Source of the DNA: Orbicella franksi
Taxonomy: Eukaryota
NCBI GenBank assembly: GCA_964199315.1
Contig: OZ116698.1
Coordinates: 21,576,001-21,640,000, forward strand
DNA: 64,000 nucleotides
Reading direction: 5' to 3'
The notes under the pieces are model-generated. The model worked only from the letters and a program-made list of their open reading frames with translations, ran no database searches and was not told the origin of the DNA. Shown here in pieces: positions 27,299 to 36,513 of this stretch. How positions within the stretch are numbered: the first letter of the stretch is position 1; the number at the start of each line of letters is the position of its first letter. Made by a program: the position numbers and the translations under genes.

Positions 27299-27504
27299 TT
27301 GAATTGGGTAGCAAATTTAGCGCTACCTATATGCACATGAAATGTACCTTTTATTGACAGGCTAATCTTGCATTGGAAAAAAAGTGTTATAAAAAAATGA
27401 CAGACCTTCCATCAGTTTTAGAGTTTTTTTAATTTCATTATTAAATCTTTTCAACACAAAACAAAAGTAACTCTCAGGGAAAAAAAAAAGATGTAAAAAA
27501 ATTT

Positions 27505-27587
27505 GGAGTCCCTCTGCGGGGGGCTGAAAGCCATGCCCTTCCGAACCGAAGCTCGGAAATGTAACCACTGGGCTACAGGGGGACTCC
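27505..27587 (-). ncRNA. vtRNA-like unit U4
   Basis: 83-nt cassette; B box GTTC changed to TTTC. Confidence 0.6.
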
Positions 27588-27790
27588 TTGAATTAGGTAG
27601 CAAATTTAACGCTACCTATATGCACATGAAATGTAGTTTTTATTGACAGGCTAATCTTGCATTGGAATAAAGTGTTATAAGAAAATGACAGACCTTCCAT
27701 CAGTTTGAGAGTTTTTTTTAATTTCATGATTAAATCTTTTCAACACAAAAAGAAAATAACTTAAAAAAAAAAAAAGAGGAAAAAAAATTT

Positions 27791-27873
27791 GGCGTCCCTC
27801 TGCGGGGGCCTGAACGCCATGCCCTTCCGAACCGAAGCTCGGAAATGTAACCACTGGGCTACAGGGGGACTCC
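27791..27873 (-). ncRNA. vtRNA-like unit U5
   Basis: 83-nt cassette; one terminal-stem mismatch. Confidence 0.65.
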
Positions 27874-28076
27874 TTGAATAGGGTAGAAAATTTAACGCAA
27901 CCTATCTGAACATGAAATGCAGTTTTTATTGACAGGCTAATCTTGCATTGGGAAATGTGCTATAAAAGATATGACAGACCTTGCATCAGTTATAGAGTTT
28001 TTTTCCAATTTCATTATTAAATCTTTTCAACACAAAACAAAACTAACTTTCCAGAAAAAAAGAGGACAAAAAATAT

Positions 28077-28159
28077 GGAGTCCCTCTGCGGGGGACTGAA
28101 CGCCATGCCCTTCCGAACCGAAGCTCGGAAATGTAACCACTGGGCTACAGGGGGACTCC
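28077..28159 (-). ncRNA. vtRNA-like unit U6
   Basis: Near-consensus 83-nt cassette. Confidence 0.7.
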
Positions 28160-28364
28160 TTGAATTGGGTAACAAATTTAACGCTACCTATCTGCACATG
28201 AAATGTAGTTTTTACTGACAGGCGAATCTTGCATGACGAATTGTGCTATGAAAAAACTACAGAGCTTGCATCAGTTATAGAGTTTTTTTAACTTAAGTAT
28301 TAAATCTTTTCAACACAAAACAAAAGTAACTTTCAAGCAAAAGAAAAAACAGAAAAAAAAATTT

Positions 28365-28447
28365 GGAGTCCCTCTGTGCGGGGCTGAACGCCATGCCCTT
28401 CCGAACTGAAGCTCGGAAATGTAACCACTGGGCTACAGGGGGACTCC
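28365..28447 (-). ncRNA. vtRNA-like unit U7
   Basis: 83-nt cassette; loop UUCA. Confidence 0.65.
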
Positions 28448-28652
28448 TTGAATAGGGTAGAAAATTTAACGCTACCTATATGCACATGAAAAGGAATTTT
28501 TATTGACAGGCTAATCTTGCATTGGGAAATGTGCTATAAAAAATATGACAGACCTTGCATCAGTTATAGAGTTTTTTTTTCAATTTCATTATTAAATCTT
28601 TTCAACACAAAACAAAAGTAACTTTCAGGGAAAAAAGGAGGACAAAAACTAT

Positions 28653-28734
28653 TTAGTCCCTCTGCGGGGGGCTGAACGCTATGCCCTTCCGAACCGAAGC
28701 TCGGAAATGTAACACTGGGCTACATGAGGACTCC
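28653..28734 (-). pseudogene. Degenerate vtRNA-like unit U8
   Basis: 1-nt deletion in the A box and several terminal-stem mismatches. Confidence 0.6.
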
Positions 28735-28938
28735 TTGAGTTGGTTAGCAAATTTAACGCTACATATTTGCACATGAAATGTAGTTTTTATTGACAGGCTA
28801 ATCTTGCATTGGAAAAAAAGTGTTATAAAAAAGTGACAGACCTTCCATCAGTTTTGGAGTTTTTTTTAATTTCATTATTAAATCTTTTCAAGACAAAACA
28901 AAAATAACTTTAAAGAAAAAAAAGAAGAAAAAAAATTT

Positions 28939-29021
28939 GGAGTCCCTCTGCGGGGGGCTGAACGCCATGCCCTTCCGAACCGAAGCTCGGAAATGTAACC
29001 ACTGGGCTACAGGGGGACTCC
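28939..29021 (-). ncRNA. vtRNA-like unit U9 (consensus copy)
   Basis: Matches the array consensus; followed by AAA and then T8. Confidence 0.75.
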
Positions 29022-29099
29022 TTGAATAGGGTAGCAAATTTAACGCTACCTATATGTACATGAAAAGGAATTTTTATTGACAGGCTAATCTTGCATTGG
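29022..29099 (-). promoter_or_regulatory. Upstream Pol III promoter block of unit U9 (repeated before nearly every unit)
   Basis: On the minus strand TGCAAGATTAGCCTGTCAATAAAAA lies at about -74 to -50, TATA at -33 to -30, and the palindrome GGTAGC-N9-GCTACC at -29 to -9. Confidence 0.55.
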
Positions 29100-29228
29100 G
29101 AAATGTGCTATAAAAAATATGACAGACGTTGCATCAGTTATAGAGTTTTTTCTTTCAATTTCATTATTAAATCTTTTCAACACAAAACAAAAGTAACTTT
29201 CAGGGGAAAAAAAGAGGACAAAAACTAT

Positions 29229-29311
29229 GGAGTCCCTCTGCGGGGAGCTGAACGCCATGCCCTTCCGAACGGAAGCTCGGAAATGTAACCACTGGGCTAC
29301 AGGGGGACTCC
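29229..29311 (-). ncRNA. vtRNA-like unit U10
   Basis: 83-nt cassette; loop UUCC. Confidence 0.7.
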
Positions 29312-29521
29312 TTGAATTGGGTAGCAAATTTAACGCTACATATTTGCACATGAAATGTAGTTTTTATTGACAGGCTAATCTTGCATTGGAAAAAAAGTGT
29401 TATAAAAAAATGACAGACCTTCCATCAGTTTTAGAGTTTTTTTTTAATTTCATTATTAAATCTTTTCAACACAAAACAAAAGTAACTTTCAGAGGAAAAA
29501 AAAAAAGATGTAAAAAAATTT

Positions 29522-29604
29522 GGAGTCCCTCTGTGGGGGGCTGAACGCCATGCCCTTCCGAACCAAAGTTCGGAAATGTAACCACTGGGCTACAGGGGGA
29601 CTCC
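29522..29604 (-). ncRNA. vtRNA-like unit U11
   Basis: 83-nt cassette; loop UUUG; the stem G-U pair has become A-U. Confidence 0.7.
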
Positions 29605-29808
29605 TTGAATTGAGTAGCAAATTTAACGCTACCTATTTGCACATGAAATGTAGTTTTTATTGGCAGGCTAATCTTGCATTGGAAAAAAAGTGTTATAAGA
29701 AAATGACAGACCTTCCATCAGTTTTAGAGTTTTTTTTTTTATTTCATGATCAAATCTTTTCAACACAAAACAAAAATAACTTAAAAAAAAAAGAGGGAAA
29801 AAAAATTT

Positions 29809-29891
29809 GGAGTCCCTCTGCGGGAGGCTGAACGCCATGCCCTTCCGAAACGAAACTCGGAAATGTAACCACTGGGCTACAGGGGGACTCC
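29809..29891 (-). ncRNA. vtRNA-like unit U12
   Basis: 83-nt cassette; hairpin apex altered. Confidence 0.65.
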
Positions 29892-30097
29892 TTGAATTGG
29901 GTAGCAAATTTAACGCTACCTATGTGCAAATGAAATGTAGTTTTTATTTACAGGCTAATCTTGCATTGGAAAAAAAGTGTTATAAAAAAATGACGGACCT
30001 TCCATCAGTTTTAGAGTTTTTTTTAATTTCATTATTAAATCTTTCCAACACAAAACAAAAGTAACTTTCAATAGAAAAACAAGATGAAAAAAAATTT

Positions 30098-30180
30098 GGA
30101 GTCCCTCTGCGGGGGGCTGAACGCCATGCCCTTCCGAACGGAAGCTCGGAAATGTAACCACTGGGCTACAGGGGGACTCC
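30098..30180 (-). ncRNA. vtRNA-like unit U13
   Basis: 83-nt cassette; loop UUCC. Confidence 0.7.
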
Positions 30181-30380
30181 TTGAATTGGGTAGGAAATTT
30201 AACGCTAGCTATCTGAACATGAAATGCAGTTTTTATTGACAGGCTAATCTTACATTGGAAAATGTGCTAGGAAAAAATGACAGAGCTTTGCTTAGTTATA
30301 TAGTTCTTTTAAGTCCATTATTTAACGTTTCACGACAAAACAAAGATAATGTTTGAGAAAAAAAATGGAAAAAAAAATTT

Positions 30381-30459
30381 GGAGTCCCTTTGCGGCTGAA
30401 CGCCATGCCCTTCCGAACCAAAGCTCGGAAATGTAACCACTGGGCTACAGGGGGATTCC
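30381..30459 (-). ncRNA. vtRNA-like unit U14 (4-nt deletion 3' of the B box)
   Basis: 79-nt cassette. Confidence 0.55.
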
Positions 30460-30661
30460 TTGAATTGGGTAGCAAATTTAACGCTACATATTTGCACATG
30501 AAATGTAGTTTTTATTGACAGGCTAATCTTGCATTGGAAAATGTGCTAGGAAAAAATGACAGACCTTTGCTCAGTTATACAGTTCTTTTAAGTCCATTAT
30601 TTAACGTTGTCACGACAAAACAAAGATAACGTTTGAGAAACAAAATGGAAAAACAAAATTT

Positions 30662-30740
30662 GGAGTCCCTCTGCGGCTGAACGCCATGCCCTTGCGAACC
30701 GAAGCGCGGAAATGGAACCACTGGGCTACAGGGGGACTCC
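30662..30740 (-). ncRNA. vtRNA-like unit U15 (same 4-nt deletion, hairpin mismatches)
   Basis: 79-nt cassette; possibly a pseudogene. Confidence 0.5.
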
Positions 30741-30954
30741 TTGAATTGGGTAACAAATTTAACGCTACCTATATGCACATGAAATGTAATTTTTATTGAC
30801 AGGGTAATCTTGCATTACGAAATGTGCTATGAAAAAATCAAAGACCTTGAATCAAGTATAAAGTTTTTTTTTTAAGTGCATTATTTAATCTTTTTAAAAC
30901 AAAACAAAAAACAACTTTTAAGAAAAAAAAAAAAAGAGAGAGAAAAAAAAATTT

Positions 30955-31036
30955 GGAGTCCCTCTGAGGGGGTTGAATGCCATGCCCTTCCGAACGGAAG
31001 CTGGGAAATATAACCACTGGGCTACAGGGGGACTCC
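30955..31036 (-). ncRNA. vtRNA-like unit U16 (diverged)
   Basis: 82-nt cassette with several substitutions. Confidence 0.5.
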
Positions 31037-31241
31037 TTGAATTAGATAGCAAATTTAACGCTACCTATATGCACATTAAAAGGAATTTTTATTGCCAGGC
31101 TAATCTTGCATTGGAAAATGTGCTATAAAAATATGACAGACCTTGCATCAGTTATAGAGAGTTTTTTTTAATTTCATTATTAAATCTTTTCAACACAAAA
31201 CAAAATAAACCTTCCAGATAAAAAAAAAGAAAAAAAAATTT

Positions 31242-31324
31242 GGAGTCCCTCTGCCGGGTGCTGAACGCCATGCCCTTCCGAAACGAAGCTCGGAAATGTA
31301 ACCACTGGGCTACAGGGGGACTCC
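31242..31324 (-). ncRNA. vtRNA-like unit U17
   Basis: 83-nt cassette. Confidence 0.6.
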
Positions 31325-31528
31325 TTGAATTGGGTAGAAAACTTAACGCTACCTATATGCACATGAAATGTAGGTTATATTGACAGGCTAATCTTGCATT
31401 TCGAAATGTGCTATGAAAAAATCAAAGACCTTGAATCAAATATAAAGTCTTTTTTTAAGTGCATTATTTAATCTTTTTAAAACAAAACAAAAAACAACTT
31501 TCAGGAAAAAAACAGAGAAAAAAAATTT

Positions 31529-31611
31529 GGAGTCCCTCTGCGGGGGGCTGAACGCCATGCCCTTCCGAACGGAAGCTCGGAAATGTAACCACTGGGCTAC
31601 AGGGGGACTCC
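31529..31611 (-). ncRNA. vtRNA-like unit U18
   Basis: 83-nt cassette; loop UUCC. Confidence 0.7.
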
Positions 31612-31816
31612 TTGAATTGGATACCAAATTTCACGCTACCTATATGCACATGAAGTGTAGGTTTTATTGATAGGCTAATGTTGCATTTGCAAATATGCTA
31701 TAAAACGAATGACGGACCTTGCATCAGGTATAGAGGTTTTTTAATTTCATTATTAAATCTTTTCAACACAAAACAAAAGTAACTTTCAAGGAAAAAAAAA
31801 AGAGGGAAAAAAATTT

Positions 31817-31899
31817 GGAGTCCCTCTGCGAGGGGTTGAGCACCATGTCCTTCCGAACCGAAGCTCGGAAATGTAACCACTGGGCTACAGGGAAACTCC
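31817..31899 (-). pseudogene. vtRNA-like unit U19 lacking its upstream block
   Basis: Only 31 bp separate it from U20; the B box is mutated. Confidence 0.55.
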
Positions 31900-31930
31900 T
31901 TAAATTGGGAGTCAGAGATAAAAAAAAATT

Positions 31931-32013
31931 GGAATCCCTCTGCAGGGGGCTAAACCTCATGCCCCTCCGAACCGAAGCTCGGAAGCGTAACCACTGGGCT
32001 ACAGGAGGACTCC
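31931..32013 (-). ncRNA. vtRNA-like unit U20 (diverged)
   Basis: 83-nt cassette; B-box region altered. Confidence 0.5.
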
Positions 32014-32218
32014 TTGAATAGGGTAGCAAATTTAACGCTACCTATATGCACAGAAAATGTAGGTTTTATTGACAGGCTAATCTTGCATTTGGAAATGTGC
32101 TATAAAGAAATGAGAGACCTTGCATGAGGTATAGAGTTTTTTTAAATTTCATTATTAAATCTTTTCAACACAAAACAAAAGTAACGTTCAGGAGAAAAAA
32201 AAAGATGAAAAAAAATTT

Positions 32219-32301
32219 GGAGTCCCTCTGCGGGGGGCTGAACGCCATGCCCTTCCGAACCGAAGCTCGGAAATGCAACCACTGGGCTACAGGGGGACTC
32301 C
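32219..32301 (-). ncRNA. vtRNA-like unit U21
   Basis: 83-nt cassette; GGTTAC changed to GGTTGC. Confidence 0.65.
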
Positions 32302-32506
32302 TTGAATTGGGTAGCAAATTTAACGCTACCTATTTGCACATGAAATGTAGTTTTTATTGACAGGCTAATCTTGCATTGGAAAAAAAGTGTTATAAAAAAA
32401 TGAGAGACCGTCCATCAGTTTTAGAGTTTTTTAATATCATTATTAAATCTTTTCAACACAAATCAAAATAACTTTAAAGAAAAAAAAAAAAGAGGAGAAA
32501 AAATTT

Positions 32507-32589
32507 GGAGTCCCTCTGCGAGGAGCTGAACGCCATGCCCTTCCGAACTGAAGCTCGGAAATGTAGCCACTGGGCTACAGGGGAACTCC
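32507..32589 (-). ncRNA. vtRNA-like unit U22
   Basis: 83-nt cassette; loop UUCA; GGCTAC. Confidence 0.55.
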
Positions 32590-32793
32590 TTGAATTAGGT
32601 AGCAAATTTAACGCTACCTATATGCACATAAAAAGGAATTTTCATTGACAGGCTAATCTTGCATTAGGAAATGTGCTATAAAAATATGACAGAGCTTGGA
32701 TCAGTTATAGAGTTTTTTTTGCAATTTCATTGTTAAATCTTTTGAACAGAAAACAAAAGTAACTTTTAAGAAAAAAAAGAGGAGAAAAAATGT

Positions 32794-32876
32794 GGAGTCC
32801 CTCTGCGGGGGGCTGACCGCCATGCCCTTCCTAACCGAAGATCGGAAATGTAACCACTGGGCTACAGGGGGACTCC
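32794..32876 (-). ncRNA. vtRNA-like unit U23 (central stem disrupted)
   Basis: 83-nt cassette; last unit of the array. Confidence 0.55.
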
Positions 32877-34226
32877 TTGAATTGGGTAGCAAATTTAACG
32901 CTACCTATATGCACATGAAATGTAGTTTTTATTGACAGGCTAATCTTGCATTGGGAAATGTGCTATGAAAAAAATTCCAGACCATGGATCAGTTATAAAG
33001 TTTTTTTTGAGTGCATTACTTAATGTTTTAAAATTAAAGCAAAAATAAACTTAAAGTGTTTGTCCATTTCTTAAACATAGGCACGGAAGACGAGCAAGAG
33101 TTTTTTTTTTTTTTGTGAAGTCTCGGAGATAGGAGCATTCATGGAACTGTTTACAAAAAAGATTTTGTTAATTTGACAAGTTTTTTTTGGGTGCGATGTA
33201 CAGGAAGAAAGAAACTGGGAATTTATGATGTACATACGATGTTACATCGGTAATGGTAAGATAGCTAAATAGTAAGCCATAAAAAGTTTGACTGAACAAA
33301 CTACAGTAATCTGACACGTCTCCAGATTAATGCAGATACCATCTTATTTTTTTCTTTGGTTCGTTCTTTGATAATACCCACACTGTAATTGGTGTGACAC
33401 GTGCATATGCATAACTCCCCCACTCACCGATCACATAGCCCTTCCAACCCCCAAGAGGAATTTTTGCTCAAAAATACTCAAGTTAAGAGACCTTTTTGCA
33501 TTTTATACGAGTCGTAAGTTTACCCTTTTCACACAACACAACACAACACAACAACACTACTTCACCGAAAATAGAAAGAAAGAGAAAAAAAAAACTCTCT
33601 TACACATTGAAAGTCTGATTTAATTAAATTGCACTTTAACTTGGTGCCAAGCAGTCTTCAAAGAACATTTGAGCAGTTTTGATACTTTTTACCTTTAAAA
33701 ATATCGGACTGAAAAGAGTGTCATAAAATGCCCATCAAAGGAAAATAAACTGCCACTGCAGAGACGTAAAAACCGTTCAGAAATGAAAGTTTTTTTTGCT
33801 AATATCCTGGGAACAATAGCCGATAACTTGTCAGCTCTAACTGGATTTACTCCCTTATGAAAAACAAGAGTGTGAAATTACCCTTTCTAACTAAAAAATA
33901 AAAACATCTCGTTATATTGGCATGCAACAAGAACAAAAAAATCGTTACCTGCACTTACTATTGTAAACGTTAGAACTGCTTCAAATCTGTTTCAAACCTC
34001 AAGGCTCATCTCGTTCGTAACTAAAATCCTCAACCTAACCTACAGAAAATGTCGAAGTAAGTCCAACATATGAATACTTCTCCTCTTTTATCGAAGAATA
34101 AATATGGCCATTCTAAACTGTGTCGGGATCAAATCTTCTCGCATACCATTTACCTTTACAACAAGAAATTTGATTGGCTGTTTATAGTACATCCAATCTG
34201 ATTGGTGTAACATACATACATCTCTG

Positions 34227-34259
34227 ACTCACTCACTCACTCACTCACTCACTCACTCA
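34227..34259. repeat. (ACTC)n microsatellite
   Basis: Direct reading. Confidence 0.9.
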
Positions 34260-35277
34260 TCCATTGACCCGTCCATAACATTCCCGACGCGCCGACTTAG
34301 AGGTATTTTTTTTTTACAAAAAAATAACTCAAAAATTGTTACTTGCCAGCTATTATCCAGACCATTTGAAACTCGTTTTAATTTTAAAAGTTTTTTTCCA
34401 AGGACTCGTTTTGAAGCAGAAGGAAAAAACAACCGGAAAATGACCTTTTGTCTTGTTGTGCCGCGACAGTTTGCCCCCAACCGACTTCCAGAGAGACAAG
34501 ACATCGCGTGTGGCAAAATGCCCGTGGGAAGGTTAGAACCTGTTTTTCTTGCTCGAGTGGTCTAACGGCGAATGTCACGCGATACAAGCGCTAGCGCTAT
34601 GTTTTCTTTCCAGAAAATGTCCCAGCCTTCCTAAATGACAAAACCTGCGATCAGGCTTTCGTATTTCGAAAGAACGCCTGATCGCCGGTTATAAATTAAT
34701 GACATGACTCAGACCAATTAGCAAATTTTTCATTTTAAATGGAAAACTGTATTTTTCTCTGGCTTTGGTTTGTTGGGCTCCATTCTACCCGTGTTCAAAT
34801 TGAGTTCATACAGCGAACAAGACTCACTAAATACTCCAACAATATATCTTTTTCTTCATCATCTTAAATTCATTTTAATCTCTGTTGTTATACTGTGGTT
34901 CTCTTGAGTTATATTCCATACGAAAACCGTAAAATATTAATAGCTTTCTTGCTGTTTAATATTACTGGAATAATGTTTCTTTTGTTATCGACCAGCCTTA
35001 TTGAGGTATCTTCATTACATTCATATTTCATTCTGATTATTTACAATTGATATTTTCGTACACAAATGCAGCGGCAACTTCATGTAGGAAATAAAAAAGG
35101 TCAATTGAATAATTCAATACAAGAAGGACTGTGACTGGTTTGGCAGAGCGTTCGTCACGATTTCTTTCCAGGCAAATTATCTTATAAATTTCCAAACTTC
35201 CCTTCGGCTGTTCATGTATTTTACACCACGCTCGTTTGTCTAGAGAAATCAAAAGGATTAAGAATTAAGAATTAAAG

Positions 35278-36513
35278 TCAATCGGAAAAAACAGAGCTTG
35301 AGCTCAGCGATGTATCAAGATGTTCGCTGCTGGTTCCTCCACTGAGATGAAACTGATCCAGCAACCATTCCAGTCGAACTTTATCATCGCTCAATTTTCT
35401 CTCGTATTGTCCCTTTAAGATCCTCTTCAGATCTCTCTTTTCGTTTGTAAACTTATTCTCAATTTCCAGCCTGTCTCGGTCGAATTTTAACTGCAGTGTT
35501 TGCATCTCCAACGAGTAACATTTCTCCAGCTGTTCCTTCTGATATTTTAACACAGAGATGTCATGTTCGTATCCTTGAACTTCCGACTCGAATTTCATCC
35601 TTTCTTGCTGAAGTATTCGTCGAAATTCCGTCTCGAATTTTCGCCTGATCTCTTCTTTTTCCTTTCGGAAGGTCTCCTCCATGTCTGATTTTTCTCTCCT
35701 AAAAATGTTCATCAAGTCGTTCTTCTGTTGCTTGAATCTTTGCTCCATGTCCATGATTTCACAGGCGAACTGGTCCTCCAATAGTTTGTGTTTACTAGTG
35801 TAGTGCGACTGCATTCTGCTCTTTTCCTGGTTCAGTGATTTCATCAAGTCTTCCCTGTCGACGTTCAACTCCGCATCTAAGAGCCCTTTGAAGTGCATGT
35901 CCACCTCGGGTTGCTCATGGTTGTATACGGTCTCGAGATACGCATTTTCCTCGAAGTAAATGTTCTCAAGATCACCCAAACCTTCAGACAGTGTTCGCTT
36001 TAATTCGTTTTCCACGTCTTCGATTCGCTCCAGTTTCTTGCGTATCTTGGCCTCCATTTCCGTTTTTTCAGCTCTGAAAGTTTCTTCTTTTTCCCTGAGA
36101 ATCCTCTCAAAATTTAGTCTCATTTCTTTTTTCTCTTTATTAAAATTCTCCACCAGACTTTCCTTCTCTCGATCCCATGATTTCATCAGCGCGCATTTCT
36201 CGTCATCGAATGACAGTTTCAAAACATGTTTCGCCTCCTGAAACTCTAAACGAATATTATCTTTGTCTTTCAAGAAAACCTGTCGCATTTCTTCCTTCTC
36301 GCACTCGAACGCTTTTCTCATATTTTCCTTCTCCGCTTCGAACGCAAATCGCATTTCGTCTTTCTCATCTTCGTGGGCGCGTTCGATAATTTCTCTCTCT
36401 TGAAGAAATCCCCTGACGATTTCTGCCTTCTCCTCGAGTAACTGCCTGTCTTCGTCCGATACATCCACGAAAGACAGGTTTTCCTCGGAATTCTTCGACG
36501 GGTCGCCCTCCAT
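35278..36513 (-). CDS. Intronless coiled-coil ORF (~411 aa from ATG 36513), homologous to the ninein giant exon
   Basis: Open frame with E/K-rich F-x-x-E-K repeats at 11-residue spacing; a gap-free 49-aa block aligns with the ninein exon at 61203-63262. Confidence 0.8.
   Translation of the reverse strand: MEGDPSKNSEENLSFVDVSDEDRQLLEEKAEIVRGFLQEREIIERAHEDEKDEMRFAFEAEKENMRKAFECEKEEMRQVFLKDKDNIRLEFQEAKHVLKLSFDDEKCALMKSWDREKESLVENFNKEKKEMRLNFERILREKEETFRAEKTEMEAKIRKKLERIEDVENELKRTLSEGLGDLENIYFEENAYLETVYNHEQPEVDMHFKGLLDAELNVDREDLMKSLNQEKSRMQSHYTSKHKLLEDQFACEIMDMEQRFKQQKNDLMNIFRREKSDMEETFRKEKEEIRRKFETEFRRILQQERMKFESEVQGYEHDISVLKYQKEQLEKCYSLEMQTLQLKFDRDRLEIENKFTNEKRDLKRILKGQYERKLSDDKVRLEWLLDQFHLSGGTSSEHLDTSLSSSSVFSD

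Larger units (their letters stand above)
26368..33055 (-). ncRNA. Tandem array (~290-bp period) of 23 full plus 1 partial Pol III small-RNA genes, vault RNA-like
   Basis: Minus-strand consensus GGAGTCCCCCTG-TAGCCCAGTGGTTAC-AT-TTCCGAGC-TTCG-GTTCGGAA-GGGCATGGC-GTTCAGCCCCCCG-CAGAGGGACTCC-AAA-T5-10. It has an A box followed by TTAC, a B-box-like motif, a 12-bp terminal stem, an oligo-T terminator and a conserved ~78-bp upstream block. Confidence 0.75.

Noticed and set aside
26785-32892. Repeated short ORFs (MLPNSRSPPVAQWLHFRAS..., MHWKKKCYKK...)
   Set aside because: By-products of the tandem repeat; frames are broken at variable A-runs and differ between units.
26368-33055. CRISPR array interpretation of the repeat
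   Set aside because: Eukaryotic context, an 83-nt repeat, ~205-bp spacers that are homologous to one another, and no cas genes.
26368-33055. tRNA, 5S rRNA or spliced-leader RNA gene array
   Set aside because: The D stem cannot form (GCCC vs CATT), the central loop has 4 nt, the terminal stem is 12 bp, there is no 5S similarity or C box, and no convincing Sm site or SL donor lies within the cassette. A tRNA-derived satellite remains the main alternative to vtRNA.
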